Shown here: positions 13,771 to 26,754 of the stretch, one piece after another | How positions within the stretch are numbered: position 1 is the stretch's first letter | Layout: each line of letters begins with the position of its first letter | From: Octopus vulgaris | Taxonomy: Eukaryota | Length of the DNA: 64,000 bases | Assembly: GCA_951406725.2 (NCBI GenBank) | Contig: OX597824.1 | Span: 28,272,001 to 28,336,000, forward strand | Reading direction: 5' to 3' | Made by a program: the position numbers and the translations under genes | The notes under the pieces: model-generated | Seen by the model: only the letters and a program-made list of their open reading frames with translations | Database searches by the model: none | What the model was told of the DNA's origin: nothing

Positions 13771-14275
13771 GTAATAATAAAGATGAGCGAGATGATTATG
13801 ATGATCAGAAAAGGGAAAAAATTGTTTGTTTCTGATAATAGTCGCGATAAATATTAATAACAATAATGACAATATTGCAAAAAGGCAGAAATAATAAGGA
13901 TGATAAATATCGTATCGCAATGGACAGGATAGTCATGATGGTAATTATAATGATGATTTTCGTAAAGGTGGTGGTAGTGTTGTTGTTGGTGGTTGTGGTG
14001 GTGACGACGACGATGTCGGTGATTATAGAGTTTGCTGATGATGGTGATTATGATGATGCGATTGAGATGAGGAATATGACAGCTATACGAGAAGATATTT
14101 GAGATAAGGCATCCGTTGATGTAAGAAAATCATGAGCAAAAGTAATCAAAAAAATTATGCTGGCATATGTATATTTACATGTACGTATAATATACATGTA
14201 AAATATATATACATACACATATCTCCCCCACACATACATAGATACACAAACATACACCCACCCATATATATAGAA

Positions 14276-14314
<39 letters not shown>

Positions 14315-14440
14315 TAGATGCATACAAGCAAACATATGCACAGAAATAATTGCAGCTATCGACATGAGTATGCTTATATATGAACCCGCTTAAACAATTT
14401 CACATTTCTCCTGATTTTAGAAAAGAAATGCCGACGTTGG

Positions 14441-14579
<139 letters not shown>

Positions 14580-15524
14580 GTATATATATAGGTGTGTGTG
14601 TGTATGTGTGCAAAGAGATTTGTGTACATGGTGCATGTGTATGCACTTATTCATACATGCAGATATACTCACATATAATTATATACATATATGTAGAAAG
14701 AGATATATGTGTGTGTGCGTACGTATTTGTGTGCTTGAGTATGTATGTGTTGTTGTGTGTGTATGTATATATCTATGTATATTTGTTTCTGTAAGTGAGG
14801 AATCATGTTTCACCTTAATTTGTTGAAAATTATGAGCATCATAAATAGTCCCGTCTTAAAAATGGCGAACAATGAACAATTAGCCATCGTCTTTGGTTCA
14901 AACTTATCTATTTTTATGTGCGCTTCTTGGAATTTTGCGCCACTTTTAAACACGTTATTCGGATATCCATGAAGAGTTCTATTAACTCAAGTTTTGACGA
15001 ACATGGACGGGGATCGAGTTGATGTAGCAGTAAAACCAATCAAAATATTACAGTTTTCTTCCGAGATAAGTAGCTGACTTCTGCCATGATGATTTCAAAT
15101 TATACCACAAAAACGGCAATTTTAGGGGAATTTTCATCGACCTCTTCATTCGACAGGTACATATTTTGCCTTGAAAGAGTAGAAGCAAATGTCGGCCATA
15201 GCTTAATTTAAACACAGAAAGCAAAATATATATCTGTAGAAAAAAAATTGAATTTGTAAGAAATATTCATAGTTTTCGTTTTTTTTTTTTCAATGACCAT
15301 CAGCAATAATAGAATTAAAGTACAAAATAATATAATCAGGAACAGTAATGCAAACGATGACAACGATAGTGCAATGACGGCTCGGGTGATGATGAGAATG
15401 ATGATGATGATGATGAATAGGAGGAGGAGGCGGATGGTGACAACCATGACGATGATGACGACGATGATGGTCAAATCACGACGGTAATATGTTGGAAAGG
15501 GTGGATGGCCTGTCATGTCACATA

Positions 15525-16878
15525 TCAGATCATCCCATAAGTTATGTCCGATTTTACCTTTTTAAAATTGAATGAAATTTAATGGTATTTTAGAATGTCT
15601 AATGGAATTAAAAATTATTTTTATGCATTTGTGGACATTTAGACTAATTAAATATTATTCTACAGAATAATAGAATTAAAGTATCCAAAGATCATTTAAG
15701 GCACATAAAGCCTTATGAGTACAAAAAAGGAAACTCTGCGGCCGAAGCGACTCGAAATATATACTCAATTTATGGGAAAGAATGCTTGACTGAAAGAACT
15801 TTCAGAGGACTTTTTGCAAAATTTAGAAGTGGCGATTTCAGCCTTGAAGATACAGTCGTAAGCAGTGGCTCGGTAAAAGGGAAAAAGCTCAACCACAACC
15901 GAGAAAGGAAATTCATGGGATTAAGTTTCTTCTCTCTATCCGGGGGGATTACAAAGGAGTAATTCCCTTTGAATTGTTACCACCTAATACAATAATCATT
16001 GCTCAAGTCTACTCAGCAATTAGAGCATTTGAACCAAGCTTTGAAGAAAAAAAACCCTGCTTTAATGAATCGAAAAGGAGTGGTGTTTCATCAGGACAGT
16101 GCGCGACCCCACACTGCAAAGATCACATCGTAGAAGATCGAAGAGCTCGGTTGGAAAAAATTCCTCATCCACCTTATTCTCCCGACCTTGCTCCTTCAGA
16201 CTACCATTTGTTTCGTAGTTTACGGAATCATTTGGGTGACATAACTTTCGCAAGTCAAGAAGATACAGTCGTAAGCAATGGCTCGGTAAAAGGGAAAAAG
16301 CTCAACCACAACCGAGAAGGGAACTTCATGGGATTAAGTTTCTTCTCTCTATCCGGTGGGATTACAAAGGAGTAATTCCCTTTGAATTATTACCACCTAA
16401 TGCAATAATCATTGCTCAACTCTACTCAGCAATTAGAGCATTTGAACCAAGTTTTGAAGAAAAAAAACCCTGCTTTAATGAATCGAAAAGGAGTGGTGTT
16501 TCATCAGGACAGTGCGCGACCCCACACTGCAAAGATCACATCGTAGAAGATCGAAGAGCTTGGTTTGGAAAAAATTCCTCATCCACCTTTTTCTCCCGAC
16601 CTTGCTCCTTCAGACTGCCATTTGTTTCGTAGTTTACGGATCATTTGGGTGACATAACTTTCGCAAGTCAAGAGGAGGTCGAAACTGACATTTCAGAGTT
16701 CTTCGCTTTGAAGTCAAAAGAGTTTTACATTGATGGCATTAAAAAGCTTGTAAATAGATGGGAGAAAGTAATAGATAACCAGGGAAAGTACATTGATGAT
16801 TAAATTCCAATTAAATAAAACACGTGATCATTTGTTTTCTTTATTCAAAATTCGGACAGAACTTATGGGATGACCTGA
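15525..16878 (+). mobile_element. Defective mariner (DD34D-type) transposon with internal deletion and 413-bp tandem duplication
   Basis: TIRs TCAGATCATCCCATAAGTTATGTCCG and reverse complement of TCAGGTCATCCCATAAGTTCTGTCCG, each flanked by TA; translations KDHLRHI..YEYKKGNSAAEATRNI..FRSGDFSLED, HQDSARPH, PHPPYSPDLAPSDYHLFRSL; stops and frameshifts. Confidence 0.95.
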
Positions 16879-17207
16879 TAATTAGGCTCATTGTGATATT
16901 AAATATGTCTAGCTCAGCCAATATGTGGGTATTACGATTATATGTTTCTATGTGTTCATGTATGCATGCACGTACACCTGTATATGCATATGCATATATA
17001 GATGTATGTATCTATCTATGAGAGTCTATACACATATATACCTGCGTTTGTTTTTATATTTGTATATACACATATATATATATATGGATAGATAGATAGA
17101 TAGACATACAAGCAGACAGAGAAGCAGACAGACAAATATATAGACAGACATACAGACAGAGTGACAGACTGATAGATAGAGCGATAGCTATATATATATA
17201 TATATAT

Positions 17208-17283
<76 letters not shown>

Positions 17284-17733
17284 GCAGAAATGTATATAGA
17301 TAGGTAGGTAGGTAGGGAAGTAGGTAGGTATTTGGGTAGGTAGGTAGCTAGGCAGGGAAGTAGGTAGGTAGGTAGGTAGGTCGACTGATTGATTGATTGA
17401 CAAACACGCACACACTCAGGAAAACAGATCACAGACATGCATACAATCATTGCATGTACACATACATTATTTGGTGTCTGCATCGGCATATGTGCGATAA
17501 TAATAAACATAAAAGGCGTTGATTAAACACGTGAGGCACAAAATTAGTTTTCAATTTAATTCTCGCTCACTCATGGAAACTGTTTCTTTTCATTTCTATT
17601 TTGCCGTGTACTTTGTTCGAATGTTCGACCATTTGATTGTCTGACTGTTTGATTAAAACACTGGTCTGTCCGATGGCTCACTGGTCACTTTTCACCTTAT
17701 GTCATATATGAATGTGCGTATGTGTGTGTAAGC

Positions 17734-17797
<64 letters not shown>

Positions 17798-17824
17798 GTG
17801 CATATATATATATTTATATTTATA

Positions 17825-17960
17825 TCAAGACTAATCAGCCGAAATTGCGAGGATGATCCGGTTCTTGACTGAGGATAGAAAGCTTCGAATGACCCGTCCT
17901 TGTTTTTTTTTTTGCATCGTCTATCTGGATCTTTCGTTGACCCTTTTTGTATCACCTAGT
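17825..17960 (+). mobile_element. Second copy of the unclassified repeat at 11545-11760
   Basis: Direct similarity to 11634-11760. Confidence 0.7.
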
Positions 17961-18014
17961 TGTCCGGATGTTTTGCGTTCTCGTCCCATTTTGCATTTTA
18001 CACATACATACATC

Positions 18015-18048
<34 letters not shown>

Positions 18049-19206
18049 AGTATGTATGTATGTATGTATGTATGTATGTATGTATGCATGTATGTATGTA
18101 TGCATGTATGTGTGTATGTATATGTAATGTCTTATATATGTATATATGATATTTTACATGGATATACATATACACATATCTGTGTGTATCTGTGTACCTC
18201 ACCGGTCCATGTATGTATGTGTGTGTTTTGTAGCTATGTATTGCTGTATGTATCTATCTTTTTATATACGCAGATATGCATACACCCCTCACACCCACAC
18301 CCACATAGATGTGAATATATGCGGATGCCTATATCACCGATTGTTTTGCAGTATACTCCATGTCTAATAAACACTTAACGCAGGTGTTTTAATGCGTTTG
18401 TATAAGATATGGCGGTTATTTTCACTACATGTCTGTGTGTAGGATTTTACGTATATATATTTATTTATCTTTTCTTTTTCTTTATTTTTGTAACGGTTTG
18501 CGTATACAGGAGTACGCGTTTTATAGAGCTAACTTGCTTTTCTATTCTTTTATGTGTGCAGGTTAAGTTGTTCCGATAAATGTTAATTTTTTTCTACTTC
18601 TCTAATTTTATAAATGATTTTTGCGAATATTTTTTGCATCGTTTTGTACTTCCTAATTTTTTTATTTACCAACGTTTATCTAATTTTGTACGAATACGTT
18701 TGTGAGTTTATATATGTTTATATGTGTATATATCTGTTTGTTTGCGTGTGTGAGTTGCATGAGTATGCATGTGTTTTTGCTACTGTGTATGAGTATGTAT
18801 GCACGTAGTATGTATTTACTGTTTAAATATTCTCATAATTTATATATCTTATTGATCTAATCGAATGAAATCTAAATATTCATATCGAAATACAATCATA
18901 AACCTACAAAGAAAAAAAAAACGAATGCCGTGTATGCATAGACACATTATTGTCTGTGTGTATATCTGTGTGTTTGTGTCTGCGCCTGTACTTGTACACG
19001 GCATGTCTGTGAGTATTTGTATATACATAGATGTGGGTTCATATACGCGTGCATCCATAAATGTTTACAATGGCGTATCTACGCTTATTTTCTTACAGAT
19101 ATGTATATTTACGTAAAATATATTTGTGCACGTGCCTGTTTCCGTGTCTGAACGTGTACGCGCATGTGTGTGCATCTCGGTGTGTGCGTGTCTGAATCTG
19201 CGTGTA

Positions 19207-19276
<70 letters not shown>

Positions 19277-20067
19277 TACATATCAATGTGTATGATTTCG
19301 CTAGAAAAATTTTGATTTGCAATTCATACACAAAGATCATGTTTGCAGTAGTTTTATATACATACATGCTTACATGCATACACACACATACATACACCAA
19401 CGTCTACATATAAATGCAAGTGTAGGTGCTCGTGTGTACGTGTATGTTATTCATGTGCGTGTTTTGACTTATAAGAAACACTCTGCAAATTGCTTTGCAT
19501 TTGTCGACAATTGCATGAGTCCGATTGCATTGAAGTAAACAATACTAATTATATTTTTCAATAAATCTATATTCATTCGTTACAGAAATAAAATTCAGAA
19601 ATAATCCTCATTTATATTTCAATATATTTTTACCTTTATTCATTTATTTATTTACATAATTGACTTTATTTTAATATTTATTTATTGATTTATTTACTAA
19701 GTTTTTGTATTATAATGCTTTTTTGTCAAATTTAATTCGTTTAACGGTTTCTATTTGAAAACTGATATCGTCTTTCATTTAGCAATATGCTAAAAGCAAT
19801 TTTGATTGAACCTACATCAGATGGAACAGTTTCATAGAAAAGGCCATCAGGGTGCATAATTTCAAAATTAATCTCTACAACTTCAACGGTAACAGCAGCA
19901 CCAATATCGTCAAAATGATTGCGATTATGCACATGAGTATCGCCGCGATTGTAGTCCATGTTGTCACCATAAATATTATCGTCATCAATACAATGAGCAC
20001 AAATTATTACAATGATAATTGTAATGAGGATCACTTTCTAAATATTGGTCATTCAAATAATAATAAT

Positions 20068-20126
<59 letters not shown>

Positions 20127-20191
20127 TAATAATAAAATGATAATAATAATGATAATAATAATAATAACAATAATAATAATAAAATAATAAT

Positions 20192-20238
<47 letters not shown>

Positions 20239-20245
20239 GAATAAA

Positions 20246-20275
<30 letters not shown>

Positions 20276-20276
<1 letters not shown>

Positions 20277-20719
20277 TAATCGAAATAACCGTATCTGTCA
20301 AGACCTACCAAAAACTGAGGACGTATAAAGATCTTGAAATAGAAATTAGCAAAATGTGGAACCTGAAGACTAAAACAATACCTGTTGTCATAGATGCCCT
20401 GGGAATGATAGTAAAAGCGGGTGATTGCTACCTAGCTCAGATACCAGGAAACCCCAAAATTGCAGAAATTCAAGAGATAGTGCTCATGGGAACTGCTCAT
20501 ATCCTACGCAAAATACTTTCTATGTAATCTCAAGTTCTAAAACAAACATAATTTTCTTATGGTTTTTTAAACATTCTGTAGAACAACACTATGTACAAAA
20601 CTAAATATATGCCACCCTAGGCATAACACCAGCATGAACTTCTAGATTGTTGTCTCTTGAGGCCTCTGGGTATTACTTGGAGCCAACTCATACAAATGTA
20701 AAGGAAAATTCAAACATAA

Positions 20720-20720
<1 letters not shown>
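20276..20720 (+). mobile_element. 5'-truncated R4/Dong-clade LINE inserted in (TAA)n
   Basis: Open frame 20276-20527: KLRTYKDLEIEISKMWNLKTKTIPVVIDALGMI...IVLMGTAHILRKILSM*; then 3' UTR; (TAA)n on both sides. Confidence 0.92.
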
Positions 20721-20801
<81 letters not shown>

Positions 20802-20825
20802 TTAATAATAATAATAATAATCATA

Positions 20826-20961
20826 ACCATGTCGCGCACATATGGTTGTGATGCATGTGCCTGGTGTACCTTTATCAGACGGGTAGTCATGATGGGTATA
20901 TTGGGCTTCGTATATTTTACCCCAGTGTCACTTTGATGGCATGCACTGCTCTCTCACTCAA
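20826..20961 (+). mobile_element. 3' tail of an unclassified retroposon ending in (AAT)n
   Basis: TGTGCCTGG...TATCAGACGGGTAGTCATGATGGGTATATTGGGCTTCGTATATTTTACC...GCTCTCTCACTCAA; second copy at 21448-21582. Confidence 0.75.
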
Positions 20962-20989
20962 TAATAATAATAATAATAATAATAATATC

Positions 20990-21022
<33 letters not shown>

Positions 21023-21447
21023 GTTCCGATTCCCTGATGTAGTACTAGACCGTGGGTTTCATGGTTCTTGATCTTAAATGATAAGAACTTTTTTCATGTA
21101 CATTGATTTCTCTTGGTATAAATAATGGGCTACAGCAAATATTCTGCTCAATCCCAAAGATGTGCATGTCAGTTGTTTGACTTAAACCAGTTGAGCATAT
21201 CACCTGCTGGCTGACGATATGTGTATCTCTGATTACGACTAGATGTACTGAGAGAACATCATAGCCATGTTATGTAATTTAGGGGGGCTTGAATAATTCA
21301 CTTCTGGAAGCATGGGTGCTTCATTCATCATCCTTAAAAAAACCTTTATTCAGGGACTATTTGAGCGGGAAGGGCGACTGCATGAAGAAACTTTTAACTG
21401 AGCTCCCACGTGCAAAGACATACGTTGTTTATCTTGATATGAGATCG

Positions 21448-21582
21448 CTATGTCGCGTGCATATGTTTGTGATTCCTGTGCCTGGCGTGCCCTTATCAGA
21501 CGGGTAGTCATGATGGGTATATTGGGCTTCGTATATTTTACCGCAGTATCATTTTGATGGCATGCACCGCTCTCTCCCTCAA
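21448..21582 (+). mobile_element. Second, possibly longer copy of the same retroposon tail
   Basis: Near-identical to 20829-20961; followed by (AAC)/(AAT)n. Confidence 0.75.
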
Positions 21583-21607
21583 CAAGAACTAGAACAACAA
21601 CAACAAC

Positions 21608-21657
<50 letters not shown>

Positions 21658-22913
21658 TAAAATAATAATAGTAATAATAACAACAATAATAACAATAATA
21701 GTGATAGTAAAACAAATAATGATAAACTGTGAAAGACTTGAAGGAAGCAGTATTTTAACGAAAATAATTACAAAAACGAAATTTTCCTGACATACAAAAG
21801 CACAGTTTCTCTTATGCACGATGTCTCAGGGAAACATGTGCGAAACACACATAGGAAATCAAAATCAGAAAGTTTACAAATTATAAAATATAAGTGGAAC
21901 AAAACAGTAAGTACGTAAATTGATCAATTACGTTTATTTGATTAATTACGTATACACTCTAAAATAGCATCATATGTGACACCTGGAAAATCCTTCTTTG
22001 GATGGTAAATGAAGTAATGTATTGCCCGAAAATGATGAAACTAATAATCCCCCAAACTACCGAACATGACTTACAACCATATATAAAATACTAACATTCA
22101 TCATTACTCAGTGTATATATACACGTTCCTAATGGATAACTAGCTATTTTCCAGAGAACAGAATGACGAAAAAATATGTTTATACCATGGATTGATTCAA
22201 AAGAAAAGCAATGACTGGCTGCTTAAAATCGTCTGCAAATATGAGAGGACCAAGAAGCAAAGAAATATGCGCAAGAATTAAAGATTAGTGAGACGGAGAA
22301 GCAACGAGAAGAAACACATAAACAGACTTTGCTAACAAAACAGATAAAAACACAAGCCAAATCAGATGCAATCTCAGTGCTACGAAACACATATAGATAC
22401 AACGCATTTCGTGATAAATGACTTATAACAGACTGATATAGATGCTAATGCGTCCCCTCGATCTTTATCTACATCCGGATTTAATTCAGAAACAAGATTT
22501 CATTACAGCAGCTCAGGATCAGAGACTACCCACTAGAAATTTCCGAAGCACAAAACTGATCCTTGCAACTGTATTTGTGGGGCAGCCAGTGAAAGAATTG
22601 TCCACCTCATCACTGGATGCTTTGTGCTAACCTCAAATGAATACATTAATCGCCGGACAGTATTTGCACTGGATCATATGCGTACATTTATACACCTATA
22701 TAAGACGAACGTGGAAAAATAAAACTTTCAATGAAAACATATTTATCACTGTTCTTTGGGACTCTGCTATCAAAAACTGATCGTGTTCTGCAGGTGAGCG
22801 GGCTCGATATTGAATAAATGAATTCGCTTTGACAAAACTATAGACTGTCGAAATTATTTGTAAAATTAACTAAATATAGTGACTTGATCTGATATCGTGT
22901 GCTAGAACGAAAG

Positions 22914-23178
22914 CAATTGCAGCGTGGAAGGTGTTTATAAGCCATTTAAGAAACACACAAAACCGTTAGATCCACTTCAACATTTAGATCTAATTTTCGT
23001 CGCTTTCAAACCGCGACCTATTCACTGACAAAATTCAGCACAGAAGTTTGTCAGTGAGCAGGTCGTGATCTCAAAACGACGAAAATATTTTGACAAATTA
23101 AATTTAAATGTTGAAGTGAATCTAACAGTTTTTGTATGTTTCTTAAATGGCTTATAAACACCTTCCATGCTGCAATTG
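22914..23178. repeat. About 265-bp fold-back (palindromic) element
   Basis: Arm CAATTGCAGCGTGGAAGGTGTTTATAAGCCATTTAAGAAACA... pairs with ...TGTTTCTTAAATGGCTTATAAACACCTTCCATGCTGCAATTG; very short central loop near 23037-23042. Confidence 0.92.
23047..23097 (+). ncRNA. Type-I hammerhead-like motif with G3:C8 core variant
   Basis: Stem I TTTGTCA/TGACAAA; core GTGAGCA(G); stem II GTCG/CGAC; GAAA; palindromic stem III AATATT; triplet UUU. Confidence 0.5.
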
Positions 23179-24298
23179 TTAACTAAATATAAGGACTTTG
23201 AAATAGAGGTTTAAAAAATAAGTACCAATGAACGAAGAATAACACAGGCTTTTGGGCTCTGATCGGGAACAGATTGTCGTCAGTGAGCGAATGTGAAACA
23301 ACACCCCTTTTGCTGTTGATCGGTACAGAAAGCTACATATCCAAAACAATTAGCAAAACCCCAGGAATGAAATGATGCTGAAAAAAAAACAACACCAAAT
23401 ATAATTACTGTAGCAAAGGAAGTAAGCAAACATCTATAAATTCAGTAATTGGAAAATCAATTAAGGTCACCGCGTAATATGGAGTAATCAATATCGATTG
23501 TCTAAATTTTAATATAAATTTAGTGGAAGAAAATGGCAGGTGCACGAGTGTATAAGATTATGGAAGGAATAGCAAATGTACAGCAAGAGTACATTAAAAA
23601 AAAGTCAAAATAACAGAAAGAAGATGCATGCGTAAAAGCTTACCTCTATGGCTTGAAAGCAGATGTCTAATGCAGCTGGCTCTAAGTTATAAAACATAGT
23701 GTTACAATCTAAGTCACTTCCGTTCAGAAAGACCTATGGCACTGACACATAACACTGACGTATGAAAGAAAGCTTAACTGTTATTGTCAAAAAGCATTAT
23801 GTCTGTTGTATCTATAAGAGAGCTAAATATCAATTATATATACAGTATCAACAGGATAACAAATAACATTAAATATGCAAAGAATGCAGAATAACTGCAA
23901 AGATTTAGTAGCCATATAACCACATGAGAGAAATAAGTCTTTCGTATACTTACTTTATCAAATGTATACTGGAATTTGCAAACAACTTATGTATACATGC
24001 CGGAAGACATGAAGACTCTATCAACAGCAGAGCGAAGAAATACAGAGATACAGAGGAAGCATGGGACTTGCTGGGAGTTTCTATATACCAATTCACATTA
24101 CTTAAATTTGAGGCAAAGCCGTCCTTAAATACGAATCTGCCATCTTTAAAAGCCGGAGAACAATGTAGAAGACAAGATGGGTATCAGCACCAATTCCTTT
24201 CATGATATGGTTTCTTGAAGAAGACAAACGTAGGTTTAAGAGCTAACACATTTGCAAAATCAGAAACACTAAAGAATTAACAATGCTAGTATACACAA

Positions 24299-24502
24299 GG
24301 CGGCGAGCTGGCAGAAACGTTAGCACGCCGGGCGAAATGCTTAGCGGTATTTCGTTTGGTTTTACGTCGGTGTTCAAATTCCACTGAGATCGACTTTGCC
24401 TTTTGGGACGATAAATTAGGTATCAGTTGCGTACTGGACTCGATCTAATCGACTGGCCCCTCCCAAAATATTTCGAGCCTTGTGTCAAGAGTAGAAAAGA
24501 AT
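24299..24502 (+). mobile_element. Meta-domain-type tRNA SINE, tail 2
   Basis: Head GGCGGCGAGCTGGCAGAAACGTTAGCACGCCGGGCG, B box GTTCAAATTCC, tail CGACTGGCCCCTCCC...GAGTAGAAAAGAAT. Confidence 0.85.
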
Positions 24503-24542
24503 ATTAGTATAAACAAGGCATTAACAGTGCTAGTATGCACAA

Positions 24543-24760
24543 GGCGGTGAGGTGGCAGAGTCGTCAGCCTGCCTCGTAATATGCTCTGTAGCATTTCGTC
24601 TGTCTTTATGCTCTGAATTCAAATTCCACTGGGGTCAACTTTACCTGTCATAATTTCGGTGTCGATAAAATAAGTACCATTTGAGTACTTGTGTTGATGT
24701 AATCGACTCGCCCCTTACTGTGAGATTGCTGGCCTTGTGCCAAAATTTGATTCCAATATT
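24543..24760 (+). mobile_element. Older Meta-domain-type SINE
   Basis: GGCGGTGAGGTGGCAGAGTCG...TTTCGGTGTCGATAAAATAAGTACC...GGCCTTGTGCCAAAATTTGA. Confidence 0.75.
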
Positions 24761-24768
24761 AGAATATA

Positions 24769-25457
24769 CTAGACTTACTACCCAGCGTTCTCCGGTAAGG
24801 TATTCACGGAATTGTTTGCCAGCTTGTAGAATTGCATGTATATATATTTAACCTAAGTTCTGGGCTTATTTAATTGAAACCATCCAAACAATATTAATCA
24901 GTTTACATGAGTAGAAGATTTTTTTACCAATTTTTATCCTGAAAATCACTTGTTACTTTTGTTTGAAAGTGAAACAGAGGGGAAAGAGAAACATATATAA
25001 ACGTGTATATGAAATGGACGTGTGTGTGAGAGAGAGAGAGAGAGAGTGAGAGAGAGAGAAAGAAAGAGTGCCATTTACACATACATGAGAACATACAAAA
25101 TAGCTTTTTTTCTTAGAGAGCGTAAGACTATGTGTGTGTATATGTCACAGATAGCGGACGTGTGTTTGCGTTGATTAGCTGGCCATGACATTCATTATAT
25201 GTGTGTGTATTCTTCATATGTTTGTGTGTATGTTGACGCCACGGAAGCCATTTTTTTCGTCAAGAAATAACAAACAAAAAATTGATTTTAATCGTTTTCC
25301 TTAATTAATAGGTTCCCAAATATCACAAAAAATTGTACTGCACTGCAGAAGGTAAGTATGAAAATAAATATGTAAAAAAAAAATTAAGATAAAATATATT
25401 ATTTCTGAAATATTTCGGTTACACACAAACATCACTACAGTTTTATTATTATTGAGA
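24769..25457 (-). mobile_element. Non-autonomous Helitron (family 2)
   Basis: Minus strand begins A|TCTCAATAATAATAAAACTG and ends ACCGGAGAACGCTGGGTAGTAAGTCTAG|T: 5' TC, subterminal GC-rich hairpin remnant, 3' CTAG, A|T target. Confidence 0.65.
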
Positions 25458-26365
25458 TTAACAATATCCGAATTAACAAATACTCTGGCAAGAAATTAAC
25501 TTCAAAGACAGTAGCTGCAAGAAACACATAAATACAAACAAATAAAGTAGTCATATCAGCATATACAAATTCACTAAGCAATGTTATAAGATACAACATT
25601 ACTTGTAACCAAAATTGCGAATTAAATCACACCACATAAGCATACAAGGGAAATGTGACGATACAAACATACTAAAACCAGAACTCCTATATCAGCTATA
25701 CCAGAACGTGTAATGACACAAGTACATCAGATCACAAAATGCATTACTGTAACGAATCAAACACTGAGGAAATATAGAAACACAGTAAAGGCACAAACAG
25801 AATAGTTTAAAAACGGAACAAGAACACATAATACCAACACCAGGACATGAAAACATTTAATTAACACAAACGAGGCAGAACAAAATATGACAAGATGAGA
25901 CACAAGAAAATATGGAATAACAAATCTGATCATAAAGTTAAACATCGTGTTTATATGTGAGTGTGTATTAAGGAAAGCATCGTAAGGAAATAAATGCTAT
26001 AACCCGGATAAATATATATCGAATGGTATGATATAAAGGCTAGTAATTACTGCTTAAAATACTTGACAGACACAATAATATCAGCTCTAAAGCCATAAGT
26101 GAATTTGGTTCTGCAATAGGAATAAACAATCATATAAGTGCAGACGCGGCTGTGTGGTAAGAAGTTTGCTTTCAAAACTACATAGTTCCGGGTTCTAATG
26201 ACTGAAACGGATACAAGATAAACAATAAAAGATAAACAACTAAATAAATATAAATAAATATATAGTAAAAGGAAATAAATAAATGTTTGCATTGCTTTCG
26301 TGCGAAACCTTTATAAAGGTAGCACACCGATTTTTCGGACACCGATGATCCGGAATATCTTATAA

Positions 26366-26754
26366 CTAGCAGTATCGCCCGGCGTTGCTCGAGTTTGTTT
26401 CGACCCATTAGAATTGGATTTTCTGAAAAGTAAAACTTTTGCATTATGTAGCTTGTTATTCTCTTTAAGTGAACATTTTTCTGGTTGAAATACACCGAAA
26501 AATGGCGACACAGCAGTAAAAAAATCGTAAAAAATAATGCTTTTCATAGAAAAAAGCACCCTTTTGATGTAAATAATGATTGGTGCTAACATGGTCCGAT
26601 TTGATTTTTTTTCTCCTACGGAAGGAAGAGCAAGCCTTCTTCTATCATACTCGCAATTTTGGTCAACTTGCACCGCAGGGTGTCGGAGATATAGTGTTAG
26701 TTGAAGGCTACCAAACCAGCCATACACAGACAACTTCAGCTTTATATAGAGAGA
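26366..26754 (-). mobile_element. Non-autonomous Helitron (family 1), 389 bp
   Basis: Minus strand A|TCTCTCTATATAAAGCTGAAG...GAGCAACGCCGGGCGATACTGCTAG|T; colinear with 29449-29825. Confidence 0.88.

Larger units (their letters stand above)
22050..23370 (+). mobile_element. Old, fragmented R4/Dong-clade LINE
   Basis: Degenerate motifs in order: NYR...TIYKILT, WID..K, FITAAQDQRLPTRNF, a C..C...E...HLITGC knuckle, KLTKYKD.EIEV. Confidence 0.7.

Noticed and set aside
19741-20034. Minus-strand 97-aa ORF or small exon (INFEIMHPDGLFYETVPSD)
   Set aside because: Weak acceptor, low-complexity flank, no family match
23924-24280. PLE-like KPSLN terminus followed by TTGAAGAAG...GAAAC
   Set aside because: Suggestive but too decayed; stems cannot be assigned
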